The notes beneath the pieces are model-generated. The model ran no database searches and had not been told where the DNA came from. It was given only the letters and a program-made list of their open reading frames with translations. From an uncultured Nitrososphaerota archaeon (GTDB lineage Archaea > Thermoproteota > Nitrososphaeria > Nitrososphaerales > Gagatemarchaeaceae), in contig CAVRAG010000008.1 in assembly GCA_963718895.1 (NCBI GenBank), positions 1,152,001 through 1,216,000 on the forward strand: a stretch of DNA of 64,000 nt, read 5' to 3'. Made by a program: the position numbers and the translations under genes. Below are positions 29,763 to 40,302 of the stretch, one piece after another (the first letter of the stretch is position 1; every line of letters begins with the position of its first letter).

Positions 29763-32037
29763 CTAACGCGCTGGCCTGAACCCTCGCGAGATTCTTCCTA
29801 GAAAATAGAGGCCTGCCATCAGAAACCCGAAGAAGGTCATGAGGAAGTACTCCTCGTCCGGCGGCGGGGGTATGTGAACGACGTTATCGTAGGTCTGGAA
29901 AACGCTGCTCACCCCCCAAGAATTGCTAATCCCGAACTGGTAAGTCCCGTTCACGCTCATCGGGAACGACAGCCCATAGAATCCGAAGTACCCGGAAGGG
30001 GATGGAGGTTCCGTATTCGGTGTCAAAGAATCGTTGACAATCAAGTTCCCGTTCGGGTCCTTCACCCAAAGGCTCGTCACCCCTCCGGTCTGAGGCCCTA
30101 GCATCGCCAAGGCCTCGAAGTTCGTTTGCTGTCGCTGTATGTTCACCAAGCTCCCGCCTCCCCCGCCGAGGTTCGCGTAGATCGTGCTGTTCCCGCCGTA
30201 GAGGAAGCCGTAGACGCTGCTGAGGTTTCCGGGTTCGTATGTGACGGGTGAGATGAAGCTCGGCGAACTCCCGTTGTAGTCCCATGCGAGGTATGGATTG
30301 TTGGGGAGGGTCAGGCTGAAGTTGAGGGGAAGCGCGACCAGCTGCCTCAGTTGGTCCAGGTAGTATCCATCTACGCTCTGGAACGGGAGAGACGGAATCA
30401 GGGTCCTGTTAACGAGGAAGGATGAGAAGGCGTCGGCGACGGTGTACGAGTAGCTCCCGGACGCGCCTGTCACGGTGATGTTAAGGTACGGCACGGTGGT
30501 ATCGTTCGTCATGGCGAGGTTGGTGTCGTTGAGGAGGAAGACCCACCTCCCTCCCGAAGAGGAAACGGGCTTGAGGTTCATCACGTTCGAATAGGCGGGG
30601 AAGAGGTCGTCCTCGAAGGCCTTCGCTACCTGTTGATTTGAGCCGAATGTATGGTTCAGCGACGACAGCAGGTGTAGGTTGAGCGGGTCAGGCGTCACGA
30701 GGGAGATGTTGACGGAGTCTGAAGGATCGAGGCCCGAAGGCCCGTAGGTGAAGACCGAGATGTATCCACTATAATAGAAAGGCTGGTAGAGGTACGAAGT
30801 ATTGAACAGCCCGTAGTTGCCTCCTGCGAAGCCCTTTGAGACGGCCAACTCGGTGACGTTGAAGTATTCGAGCCCCTGGCCACTGTAACCCTGAATCCGT
30901 CCTAGGTCTGAGCTGAAGTAGAACTTCACGACCCTGTGCGCGAAGGTGATGACAGGATAGGTCGTGTTAGTGGTCCGGGTCCCCAGGCTAGTGGACGTCT
31001 GGTTCCAGAACGAGAGGTCCTGACTGATGTCGCCCGAAATGAGGTTTGCTTTCACTCCCCAACCCACTGTCGTGAAGTTGAACGAGTTGATCAAGGCCCT
31101 CTCGCGGGTATCGTTTACTGCCAGAATCCCAGCCGTGTTGGCATCCCCTCCATACGAGTAGCCCGGGTTGTTCCCGTCGTACCTTACGAGCGTGACGAAG
31201 AGCCTCTCGTATGCGCTCGAGTTCTTCGAGTTGTACCCCATATACGTGAAATATTTGAAATAAGGCGCGTAGTTGACGACCGCGAAAGGCTGTTTCTGTG
31301 TCTTTGAGCCGAGCAGGGCGCCTTGGTAGTCGAACGCCTTCGCTGTCATGGTGATCTTCGAGGTTCCTGTGGTGTTGGCAACCGTGAATAGGAAGTGCCC
31401 CGTGGAGCTGGAGTTCTGGTAGGAGGTCAGTTTCGCAAAGCTCGGGTCGAACTGGGGCTCGACGACGACCTTGATGTCCGGGCGCTGCTGCATGAAGAGG
31501 AAGCTGTAGCTGTAGTTGACGATGAACTGGTCGTCGTGGTAGAAAGAGCCGTCGGGGTTACGGAGAACCTGATGGAGCGAGTTGGTGACGTTGCTCAGCT
31601 CAGTCTGGAAGGTCAGTTCGAATGCCCGGGTTTCGACCGACTCGCTGGCCGAGAGGGAGGAGGAGAGAGTGATCGTTGAGTTGCCTGACGTCTCCACCAT
31701 GGTGAAGGTCGCCGTGATCGTCACGGAATACGTCCCAGAGACGTTCCCCACGACCTGGAGCAACCAGCCGCCCCGCGCGGCGAGGACGGCGCCGTCGTAT
31801 GACCACGAGTAGCGAGAAGGATGTCGTGTTGGGCCCGAGCGAGACCGAAGGGGTCACTGCGAACTCGTCCCCGAGATAGAGCGAGCCGTCAGGATTCGAG
31901 CGCATGTAGCTGACCGACGAGGAGATGCAGTTCCCGTAGGTGTCGCAGGGGTCCCTTGAGCCGCTGGGTGAGTGGACAAAGGCAAGTGGGAGTATCGTCA
32001 GGAGAAACATAGCCGAGGCAGCGATTGCAAGTTTCAC
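29763..32037 (-). CDS. Large secreted protein with C-terminal TM anchor (frameshift near 31810)
   Basis: Signal peptide in ORF 31600-32037 joins ORF 29763-31763; internal NPDGS repeat. Confidence 0.7.
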
Positions 32038-32337
32038 TCTTTCGTCGTAGCAAAGGGCTGAATCGGGCTATAACGCAATCAAGGAAGCCGCCTTTTATCT
32101 CCCTGCGACTCTTCCAGCGTTGCCTGCCGATGGAAGGAATCACAGGAAGAGCCACAAGGTCGAATTCAACAAGAGAATGGAACGATTAATCTGTGGTTGC
32201 GGCTGGAAAGGAAGGAAGGTCAATTCTAGAAAGCCCCGCCAAAAGGTCATGAGACTTTCAAATGACAATCGCAGGCTTGGGGATCCAATACGGCCACTCA
32301 AGACCAAATGGCCAGAAGGAACCTTGAATGACGCGAT

Positions 32338-32544
32338 TCAGGAACTACCCGTCTTTGTGCTCTTGGGCCGGGAGACTTCGCAAGCCGCATCCTTTATCCA
32401 GTGATCGCCGCAGTTCGAGCACATCGTCCCAACCTTCACCCAGGTTCGCTTCCGGCGGACGTACAGATTGACGAGCCTGCCGAACGGGTCGTCGCCCGGC
32501 TTGCGACCCCCGTCGCAAATGTGAGTCTTGGAGCCGACCTTCAT
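32338..32544 (-). CDS. Small putative Zn-binding protein
   Basis: HIC...CSNC; 68 aa. Confidence 0.5.
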   Translation of the reverse strand: MKVGSKTHICDGGRKPGDDPFGRLVNLYVRRKRTWVKVGTMCSNCGDHWIKDAACEVSRPKSTKTGSS

Positions 32545-32560
32545 CCCGCGCAGCCTCCGA

Positions 32561-32675
32561 CCGAGAGTGTATACACACTTGGAAGTCGCTCAGGACAGGG
32601 TGTATACACAATGGCCCGCGCAGGACAGAGCGTATACACTGTGGGAAACAGGTGCGGACAGAGTGTATACACTTT
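32561..32675. repeat. Four palindromic GTGTATACAC boxes, candidate parS
   Basis: Cores at 32567, 32600, 32630 (one mismatch) and 32663; spacing 33/30/33; just after the ParB stop. Confidence 0.8.
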
Positions 32676-32689
32676 CGGCTCGGGGCGCG

Positions 32690-34015
32690 TCACTCGACCC
32701 GCACCCTAGCTGCCGGGACCCCGACGCTGACGGGGACGATCCACTTCCTGGCCCCCTCATCGTATCCGAAGTACGCCTGACCGCCCGCGCCATTGGAGAC
32801 GCACTTGAGCCAGGCCCCTTCGACGTCGTCCCAGATGAGCGACCCTCGCCCGCTGTCGTGGGGCTCCTGCTTCTTCTCGACCAGGGAGAGGAACTCCCTC
32901 TTGCTGGTGAGCACGGTGCCATCGCTCCGCTGGTCGAGCATGATCTCGAGCTCCTCCCCGCACTTCTCGTTGGTGCAGGTCCCAAGGAGCATGGCAGACC
33001 TGAGCGAGATGGCCTCCTTTCCGAGCTGGACCGCGCCGCCTTTCGCCTTCTCTGGCCTCCCGGGCTTGAACATGATGGCGTCCGGGTACCAGGGGAGCTC
33101 GATCACGTTCTCGGAGCCGCACTCTGGGCAGATGAGGAACTGCGCGAACCTTGCGACCGTCTGGTACCTCGAGGGGCTGTTCTCGCTCCGCGGGGCCGCG
33201 GGCTTGTCGGCCTCCTGCTCTTCCTTCGGGTTACCGCCCGTCACGCTCCTTTCCCGCGTTTCGGACTCCGCCTTGGGTGCGCGAGGAGAACCTTCCCGTG
33301 ATTTCGGCGGGTTGGGGACGAACTGCCAGCCCCAGGCCGGGAGCGCCGAGAGGAGTGAATCGAGGCCGAACTTCGTCCCCATCCTCTCTATCTCCTCGGC
33401 CTTCCAGTTGTGGTCCGCCGCCTGGATCGCAAGCGGGAGCCACTTCGCCTCCTCGAGGGCCATCAACCTCTCGATGTGCCTGTGGGTGAACCTGAACTCC
33501 GATATGCGCTCGATCTTGTAGAGGCTCTCGATGAGGCCCTTGTCCTGGATGAGGACGGCGAGCATCACCCTCTCCTTCGCCCGCTTCGCGGTGAGCCCGA
33601 TGTCGCCGGCGAGGGCCTCGAGCGAATGGTGGTTCCGGTAGTAGCTCGCGAGCAGGTTGAGCTCCTCGAGGACGCTGAGGTTGGCCCGCTTCACGTTCTC
33701 GGTGAGCAGCTCCCTCTGGAGCCTGCCCTCCTCCATGTGGTTGACGACAATCGCCTTGAAGTACCCCAGACCCGCCTTCCTGCAGGCGTAGAAGCGCCTG
33801 CAGCCGATGTAGACGAGGTACTTTGGGTCCGACCCGCCGGATCGACCGGTGGAAGGAGGCGCGATCACAGCCTTCCCCGGCTGCACCTGACCCATCGCCT
33901 TCAGGCTCTCCGCGAGCTCGTCGACGTTGCCGTAGTCGAACCTTATCCTGGCGGACGGGTGGACCGCGCACTCTTCGAGGGGGAGGAGGGAGTACGTCTC
34001 CTCAGCTTCGTTCAT
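32690..34015 (-). CDS. ParB-like partition protein with C-terminal Zn ribbon
   Basis: ELAESLKAMGQVQP, GCRRFYA, ENVKRANLS, HTH; CPECG...CTNEKC. Confidence 0.8.
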   Translation of the reverse strand: MNEAEETYSLLPLEECAVHPSARIRFDYGNVDELAESLKAMGQVQPGKAVIAPPSTGRSGGSDPKYLVYIGCRRFYACRKAGLGYFKAIVVNHMEEGRLQRELLTENVKRANLSVLEELNLLASYYRNHHSLEALAGDIGLTAKRAKERVMLAVLIQDKGLIESLYKIERISEFRFTHRHIERLMALEEAKWLPLAIQAADHNWKAEEIERMGTKFGLDSLLSALPAWGWQFVPNPPKSREGSPRAPKAESETRERSVTGGNPKEEQEADKPAAPRSENSPSRYQTVARFAQFLICPECGSENVIELPWYPDAIMFKPGRPEKAKGGAVQLGKEAISLRSAMLLGTCTNEKCGEELEIMLDQRSDGTVLTSKREFLSLVEKKQEPHDSGRGSLIWDDVEGAWLKCVSNGAGGQAYFGYDEGARKWIVPVSVGVPAARVRVE

Positions 34016-35376
34016 CCCTGCCGTACTCCGCCCAGGAATTTAACGGCCAGAGAGAAGGCGTCGTTCCAATCGGTGCCCGAGATTGTGGAGAATTCGCTCG
34101 GTATCATCAGGCCCCTCGTGCACGTGTATGCCTCGTCGCCTTGTCTGAGCGGCAGCCTCTCCAGCGCGAAGGCGAGTCTGGTCCTCGTGCCCGCGTCCAG
34201 CGCCGAGAAGTGCCCCATGTCGGCGGCTATCAGGGCGGCGGAAGCCTTCTTCCTGGGGCTCACCGCGACCTGTGAGTTCTCGGGAGCCCTGATTATCTTC
34301 TGGGCGCCGCCCCAGATGCTGCTCGTGGCCGTCCCACCAGCCGCCTCCCTGAACAGCGCCCCCGTCACTTCGAGCTGGTCGAGCCTCTTGCCGATGGCTC
34401 TCAGCATGAGCTCGGAGTCGGAAGCAGTACCCTCCACGGTGGGGACGCCTATGTCGACCTCGATCTCCTTCCTCTTGGAGAAGCCGTAGAACAGCCTCCG
34501 TGGGTCCAAAGTCACTTGGATGCTCTGGACCATCTCGCCGGGCGCATCCGTCCAAGCAATCTTGATCGGGAAGATTCCGTCTTCGGCCTCTACCTCGGCT
34601 GCCACCGTCCTCCTGATGGTACCGAACCCCTCCCCGAAGCACTCGGAGAGGAGCGGGCTCCAGTAGAGTGCATAGAGCTTGCGGTGCCCGACCTCCTCCA
34701 GCAAGGCGGTCTTGCACTTCCTGCGCTCGCCATCGACCAGCAGAGCGGGAGCGGCCGTGCAATCTCCCGATACCTCCGCTACGAACCTTAGGGGCGGGAG
34801 CCTGACGTTGGCGAGTCCGAGTCTCAGGTTCGAGTCGAGGAGCTGACCCTCGGCGAGTGCCCTGAGGGCACGGTCTCCCGTCCCCGCGTGCCGTGAGGCC
34901 TCAAGGAAGGCAAAGATCACGCACTCGGCGTGGGTCAGCCTGGCGCCCTTCTTCGAGGCACCTCTCAGGACCTGGAGGGCCCGGGACTCGATTAGCTCTC
35001 GGTTCAGGGGCGCTTCGAGCTTCTGGCAGAGCAACTCGGCCAGCCTGTGTATCCTCTCCCTGTCCCTGTCGACCATCCCGCGGACCATGTAGAACTCCCT
35101 CCTGCTGGGCGTTCTGCCGAGGATGCGCTGGACGTCCGAGAGCTCGGGGGACTGGGCAGGCGCGGGGGATCCCGTCGGGCTGTATCCGGAAGGGAGTGAG
35201 CCGAAGCCGCACTGAGGACACGACGGCTCCTTGCTCGGGGTCCCGCACCTAGGGCAGATTCGACCGCAGCTCGGGCACCGACCCTCGCTCATCGCCGAGC
35301 CGCAGTACGGACACGGGGAGCTTTCCCGCTTTTCGACGCGGGTGGGTGAGAGGGGGATGGTGCCTGCTGGGGTCAA
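34012..35376 (-). CDS. Hypothetical protein with N-terminal double Zn ribbon
   Basis: Four CxxC motifs; ATGA overlap with ParB. Confidence 0.7.
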   Translation of the reverse strand: MTPAGTIPLSPTRVEKRESSPCPYCGSAMSEGRCPSCGRICPRCGTPSKEPSCPQCGFGSLPSGYSPTGSPAPAQSPELSDVQRILGRTPSRREFYMVRGMVDRDRERIHRLAELLCQKLEAPLNRELIESRALQVLRGASKKGARLTHAECVIFAFLEASRHAGTGDRALRALAEGQLLDSNLRLGLANVRLPPLRFVAEVSGDCTAAPALLVDGERRKCKTALLEEVGHRKLYALYWSPLLSECFGEGFGTIRRTVAAEVEAEDGIFPIKIAWTDAPGEMVQSIQVTLDPRRLFYGFSKRKEIEVDIGVPTVEGTASDSELMLRAIGKRLDQLEVTGALFREAAGGTATSSIWGGAQKIIRAPENSQVAVSPRKKASAALIAADMGHFSALDAGTRTRLAFALERLPLRQGDEAYTCTRGLMIPSEFSTISGTDWNDAFSLAVKFLGGVRQG

Positions 35377-35439
35377 GTAACATCTCTACGTATCTTCCTC
35401 ATAGAAGATTTAAATCTTCCGTAGTTTTACCGTACTTCC

Positions 35440-35797
35440 ATGCCAGACAGGGGTTTCCGAACCGTCACCGTGACAGAGGGGATCTACGAGCGGGTAAAGC
35501 AGCGCGCCAAGAAGGAGCACAAGAGCGCCGCGAGCTTCGTAAGCGAGGCGCTGGAGATAATGCTCTTCGTCGAGGAGAGGTTCTCGACCTATGTCCCCTA
35601 CCTCCAGATAGTCTCTGTCGACCAGGACGAAGTGATCATAAAGGACAACAAGGTCGACAGGGTCGTCGCGAATCAAGGCAAGATCCTCCGACAACGGCAA
35701 GGTCAGGTTCTACTGCGACATTGACGATACCGACTACTGCCCACACACGGCGTTCGCCGCTGCCCTGCCACAGGTAAGGAACGCAATCAGAAGGTGA
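35440..35797 (+). CDS. RHH protein with C-terminal C...CxH (SWIM-like) motif; frameshift near 35680
   Basis: FRTVTVTEGIYERVK; shifted frame gives FYCDIDDTDYCPHTAFAAALPQVRNAIRR*. Confidence 0.6.
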
Positions 35798-35842
35798 ACG
35801 ACGCAGGGGATTCATCGCGCCCTGGCGAGGATAGCCGCTGCC

Positions 35843-37426
35843 TCATGCTGTGGCCGTGGTAGTCGTGCAGGCCACCACCGGACCGTATACAGGGACCGAT
35901 ACGTCGGCTCCGTTCACTGTGACGGTGCCGGAAAGGATGGTGAACGGCCCTGATGGAGCAATCCTGTACTGGTAGACCCCGTCAGGAATAGATGTGAAAA
36001 CGATGGTGTAGTAGTAAGGCTGCTCTGGTCCCGCGGTGTAGGAGCCGTTTGCGATGGGGAGCGGCGTGTTTGGCGGTCTGGCCTCGGTCACGCCATTGAG
36101 CGTCACCGACCAGGGTACGGTGTAGACGGCCGGGGAACAGGCGCCGATCTGCTGGAAGGTCACCGTATAGACAGGTGCTCCGGTGTATGCTGGAGTCCCG
36201 CCGTAGGTTATTGAGCCAAGGACTTGGTTATCGAGGCTGACGACGCTAGACGGCAGAGCGGGGTAGCCCAGAGGGGGCCCGGATTTCTGGCCAGAGTTCA
36301 CAACCCACCAGAGGAAGTTGATAGTGGCCACAGCCTGAGCTTGACTCGTGTTGGCATATGATGCACTGAGGCTCTGGTAGATCAAGGCATAGGTGAAGGC
36401 GGTGATTGGATAGATACCAGCGTCCGTAGAGTCGTTGAAGATGTTGTTGATTACAGAGAAGGACGACCATTGCGAGGCGGATGCGGGAAGGCCGTTCTTC
36501 ACACCCGCATCCATGGCAAGTTGGATGGTGTGGAGATTGGCCAGGCTGAAGTTTCCAGCGTGATTCTGGACAGCTCCGTAGTTGATCTCACCAGGGTTGG
36601 CGATCTCATAGGCAACCTCCAGAGGCCCTATGGAGTACTGGTTGTCTGCTACGCACTTGGCCAGGCCGTCGTCGTGTAGGCATCCGGTGCCAGTGGGCCA
36701 GTTGACGAGAGTGCCGTATCCAAGATTGACCCTCCAGGTGTAGTTCGAGTCTGAAAGGTATTGGGTGAATGCATACGTGCTCCCGCTAACGTCGGACCTG
36801 TGGTACACCTGAATCGCATGCGCTGGGAGCGTGACATGAGGGTTGAGGGAGGCTATTCGGGGGTCGTTCCACTGCGTAACCGTCCCGTAGAAAATCTCGG
36901 CGAGGACGTTACCCGTGAAGTTCAGGTGTGCTGTGACCCCTGGGAGGTTGTAGGCGGGTACGATTCCGCTGTCAGATATCGGGATAGTCAGAAGGTTCGA
37001 ACCGGTCGGAAGAAGTGCATACTGCGTAGATGCAATGGAAGTGTCACTCTCCCCGAATTGACATGGGCTCTCTGTGGTAGTAGAGGCTGTCCCCATTGTA
37101 CCTCCCTCCGTGGTGTAAGACACGTGGACGTTCGGCTGGACAGACGCATACGTGCTTATCCAGGATGTCATCAACGGCAACACCAGGGCTCCCCCACAGC
37201 CGTTGATCGACGCAGGGGCCTCGTTGGCCGCAGTAGTCGTCGTGTTGTTCGTGGCTGTCGTCTTGATGGTGGTAGTCAGGGTGGAGGTATCGGTTACGGT
37301 CGTTGTTGTGGTCTCTGTCTTCGTCCCCTCCCCAATTGCGAGAAACAGGCTTGCTGAGATCAGCACGCCGGCTATGATTATCGCTGCGGCAATGACGAGA
37401 TAGCTCCGAATCGGCTGAGAGCTCAA
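35843..37426 (-). CDS. pstS: Phosphate-binding protein PstS with cassette-type leader and extra C-terminal domain
   Basis: PAYNLPG, WNDPRIASLNP, HRSDVSGST and YPITAFTYAL; motif at 37461-37483. Confidence 0.85.
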   Translation of the reverse strand: MSSQPIRSYLVIAAAIIIAGVLISASLFLAIGEGTKTETTTTTVTDTSTLTTTIKTTATNNTTTTAANEAPASINGCGGALVLPLMTSWISTYASVQPNVHVSYTTEGGTMGTASTTTESPCQFGESDTSIASTQYALLPTGSNLLTIPISDSGIVPAYNLPGVTAHLNFTGNVLAEIFYGTVTQWNDPRIASLNPHVTLPAHAIQVYHRSDVSGSTYAFTQYLSDSNYTWRVNLGYGTLVNWPTGTGCLHDDGLAKCVADNQYSIGPLEVAYEIANPGEINYGAVQNHAGNFSLANLHTIQLAMDAGVKNGLPASASQWSSFSVINNIFNDSTDAGIYPITAFTYALIYQSLSASYANTSQAQAVATINFLWWVVNSGQKSGPPLGYPALPSSVVSLDNQVLGSITYGGTPAYTGAPVYTVTFQQIGACSPAVYTVPWSVTLNGVTEARPPNTPLPIANGSYTAGPEQPYYYTIVFTSIPDGVYQYRIAPSGPFTILSGTVTVNGADVSVPVYGPVVACTTTTATA

Positions 37427-37614
37427 ACCGAAGCGCCTTGCACCGTCGCGCCGGACTTGGTGATTAATAGTTTTGTCCGAACGGAACCTCTAGCCGTTTA
37501 ATCGAAGATGCAGAAAAGAGCTTTCGCCATGTATAGGGCTCATTGCGCCTCCGCCGAGGATATCGTCCACGTGGCTGCGTTAAATCGGACAAACGTCACT
37601 AGAGACGATTCGGC

Positions 37615-37800
37615 ATGCAAGCAGGCACGGTCGCTCGTCAGAATGTCAATCTCGCAGGCCTCAAGCAATACGCGCTTCAGAAGCTCCCTGATGGCCCTCT
37701 CCGAGACGACATCCTGGCTCAGCCAGACGAGATCACGGCGGAGGACTACGTCGCGAACTGCCGCGTGTGGCTGAGGATGCTCAGAAACATCAGGGCGTAG
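37615..37800 (+). CDS. Small hypothetical protein
   Basis: 61-aa ORF with element-like codon usage. Confidence 0.5.
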   Translation: MQAGTVARQNVNLAGLKQYALQKLPDGPLRDDILAQPDEITAEDYVANCRVWLRMLRNIRA

Positions 37801-37869
37801 CTTGGATTCTAGCCAGCCACAGTTCGGATTATATACACTTATATAAATCCTGAAAGTAATCTTGTCAGG

Positions 37870-38163
37870 TTGCTCAAGGAACCCCGCCGACCGAAGGCCG
37901 ATGCCGCGATTCACTCTCCCACGCTGGAGACGATCCTGATGGTAGAGTCCGCGATAAAGGAGAGCGACCTCCCCCCGTCGAAGGTGCAGCTGTGGCGTTC
38001 GCTCCCGCGAAAGATGATGTACCAGACATTCACCGGCGTCCTGCGGTACCTGGAAGCCTCGAACAAGATCCTCTTCGACGGAAAGGGCAGAATCGTGTGG
38101 GTCGCCATCGACAACCCGAAGCTCGAGGCGCTCCTGAAGGCCAGGGTGAAGCTGCGAGACTAG
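37870..38163 (+). CDS. Small wHTH protein
   Basis: PTLETILMVE and YLEASNKI; TATA (ttatataaa) at 37839. Confidence 0.65.
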   Translation: MLKEPRRPKADAAIHSPTLETILMVESAIKESDLPPSKVQLWRSLPRKMMYQTFTGVLRYLEASNKILFDGKGRIVWVAIDNPKLEALLKARVKLRD

Positions 38164-38242
38164 AGGTCGTACCCCCGGCAGGCCGACATGGAACGCATGC
38201 AACGCAGGCAGACTTATAAGAATACCCTGGTATGGTCAGAGT

Positions 38243-38476
38243 ATGATAAAGACGACCGTTTCGATGACTCCAGAGCTCTACTCGGCACTGACCCGGGCCG
38301 CGCTCGATAGTGGTACCAATGTATCAAGAGAGATCGAGACTCACCTTAGAGAGAACGATTACATCCAGAAGTACATCAAAGAAGTGCGCGCGGAGCCCAA
38401 CGAGGGCGCTCATCTTGTCAACCCCAGGATGCTGCGCGCGAAGTCTAAGGTCGCCGAGGCAACAGTTTCCTCTTAG
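38243..38476 (+). CDS. RHH/CopG-type DNA-binding protein
   Basis: KTTVSMTPELYSAL...NVSREIE; TTATAA upstream. Confidence 0.7.
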   Translation: MIKTTVSMTPELYSALTRAALDSGTNVSREIETHLRENDYIQKYIKEVRAEPNEGAHLVNPRMLRAKSKVAEATVSS

Positions 38477-38930
38477 GTGTAAGCAGGCCCCATTCGGGGT
38501 CCCGGTAAGGCTTGCCCGTCTCCTCGTACCCCAGAACGTCGTCGTAATACTTCACGACGTGCTCGAGGGCCTCCATCCTGACCTCCCTGACGCCGACCTG
38601 AGGGGCCACGACGCGTTCGACGACCCTCACCAAGTCGCCTCCTGCGCCCGGGTAGTCTAGCAGCTTGTTGCGCGCCAGCATCTCCAGCATTATGTATCCG
38701 CTATGCACCGTCACTAACTGGACTCCCGCGATGAGCCCTTCGATTTCCCTGACTATGACCAGCGCGTCAGGTTCAAGGCTCCAATCGTAGTACTGGCGCA
38801 GGGTGTACCTGTCCATGCGCGGTTCACCGCAGCTGAACGTCTGCTGGACATCCTCCCGTCGTATCAGTCTGAACCCCTCAGGCAGGGTGACCCTGTCTTT
38901 CGGCGGACGTTTACTCGTCACCTGGTACAC
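38445..38930 (-). CDS. GNAT-like acetyltransferase
   Basis: FSCG, LARN...PGAGGDL and YY...GY motifs. Confidence 0.65.
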   Translation of the reverse strand: MYQVTSKRPPKDRVTLPEGFRLIRREDVQQTFSCGEPRMDRYTLRQYYDWSLEPDALVIVREIEGLIAGVQLVTVHSGYIMLEMLARNKLLDYPGAGGDLVRVVERVVAPQVGVREVRMEALEHVVKYYDDVLGYEETGKPYRDPEWGLLTPKRKLLPRRP

Positions 38931-38961
38931 CTCTCCTTGATGCTCACAACGATGCGCCTTT

Positions 38962-40254
38962 TCACGAGGGAAGCTTGAGGATCGCCTTGTCGTTCGAGAG
39001 CGAGGCCACGTACTCCCAGCCCTGCTGGATGTACCGCTCCACCTCCCCTATCTGGATGACCTTCTGCTTGGACCCGTTGTTCGCCATCGCCCCGAGCAGC
39101 TTCTCCCTCACCATCCTCTGGAACTCCTGGTCGGTCACGGACGAGAGGTCCATGGCGTCGATCTCGCCCTCGCCAAACCCGGCAACCAATAGGAGCTGCC
39201 TCCTCGTGGACTCCTTCAGGTCCTCCTGCGTCACCTCCGAGGAGCGCTTGAACGAGAGGCGGTTGTACTCCGCCCGCATCTCCTCGACCTTCGTCTTGTC
39301 GAAGTAGGTGTCCTGGGACGCGGGGAGGATGTGCCCCATGAGGAACTCCTGCACCTTCCCGTCCATCCGCCCGTGGTCCACGTACTCGGCCCTCAGCACG
39401 GACTGGAACGCCTTCCGCAGGCAGTGCGGGTGCACGGAGGCCCACTGCTCGATGCCCGCCTTCCGGGCCGCGTCCTTGACCATCCTCTCGAGCGTCCTCA
39501 GGTTGACGTGTGTGACCTCGCCCTCCACCCTCTCCCCGAGGAAGAGGGGGGTCCCGTCCTCGAACCTGCCGACCTTCCTCTCGGTCTCCGCGATGTAGGT
39601 CCTCAGTATCCTCGTGGCATAGGGGTGGATGAACGTGTAGTAGGAGACGGACCCCTTGCAGGCGTCCGCGACCACCTTCTTCATCTCCGGATACACTGGC
39701 ACGAGGAGGGTCTCCTGGCCCGCCGCGAGCTCCTTCTTCACGTCCCTGTACAGCAGGGCCCGCAGCGTCGAGTTCCTCAGCCCGCTCGTGTACAGGCAGG
39801 CGACGATCGCCCTGTTCTTCGGGCTCCCCGTGTTCTCGACCATCTGCCACGCCTCCTCGTTAGTGGGGATGTACTCGCTCGTCTTGCGGTAGCGCGCGGG
39901 CTGGTGGTACCTTTCGACCTCGACCTCCCTGCCCTTCCTGTACCCGTTCTCCCTCAGGAAGGTGGAGAGGAAGGCCTGCGTGACGTTGATGTACCGTATG
40001 CTGAGGTCCTTCGACTTCATCCCGTCGAGGAAGGCCTGGACGTCGGACTGCGCAACCTTCGGGGTGCTCTTCACGTAGGCGTCGGGGTCGGGGGCTCCCA
40101 CCGAACGGAGGAACGAGTCGACGATCTCCAGGAACGTCTTCTTCGTGTGCTCGCTGGAGGTGCGTCTGCTGTAGTGCTTCAGTGCCCTGTCTATCGAGGG
40201 GTATTCGCTGGACCATCCCTTGACCTTCAACCTTAATTCGTAGCCCTTGACCAT
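38962..40254 (-). CDS. Tyrosine recombinase/integrase 1
   Basis: SGLR, HCLRK, LMGH and TY catalytic motifs; ATG at 40254, divergent from the tRNA. Confidence 0.9.
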   Translation of the reverse strand: MVKGYELRLKVKGWSSEYPSIDRALKHYSRRTSSEHTKKTFLEIVDSFLRSVGAPDPDAYVKSTPKVAQSDVQAFLDGMKSKDLSIRYINVTQAFLSTFLRENGYRKGREVEVERYHQPARYRKTSEYIPTNEEAWQMVENTGSPKNRAIVACLYTSGLRNSTLRALLYRDVKKELAAGQETLLVPVYPEMKKVVADACKGSVSYYTFIHPYATRILRTYIAETERKVGRFEDGTPLFLGERVEGEVTHVNLRTLERMVKDAARKAGIEQWASVHPHCLRKAFQSVLRAEYVDHGRMDGKVQEFLMGHILPASQDTYFDKTKVEEMRAEYNRLSFKRSSEVTQEDLKESTRRQLLLVAGFGEGEIDAMDLSSVTDQEFQRMVREKLLGAMANNGSKQKVIQIGEVERYIQQGWEYVASLSNDKAILKLPS

Positions 40255-40302
40255 GGCCGGCCGGTGGATGGAAAGCCGGGCTAGATAAAGTATTGCGACA
40301 TA

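Noticed and set aside
32561-32675. CRISPR array
   Set aside because: Period is only 30-33 bp with a 10-15-bp conserved core, and no cas genes are present; it fits protein-binding boxes.
38243-38930. RHH-GNAT toxin-antitoxin operon
   Set aside because: The genes are convergent rather than co-transcribed, so the pairing is unsupported.
27442-40236. Long antisense or alternate-frame ORFs (e.g. 27442-28473, 33410-34489, 39331-40236)
   Set aside because: Shadows of high-GC3 genes with no recognisable motifs.
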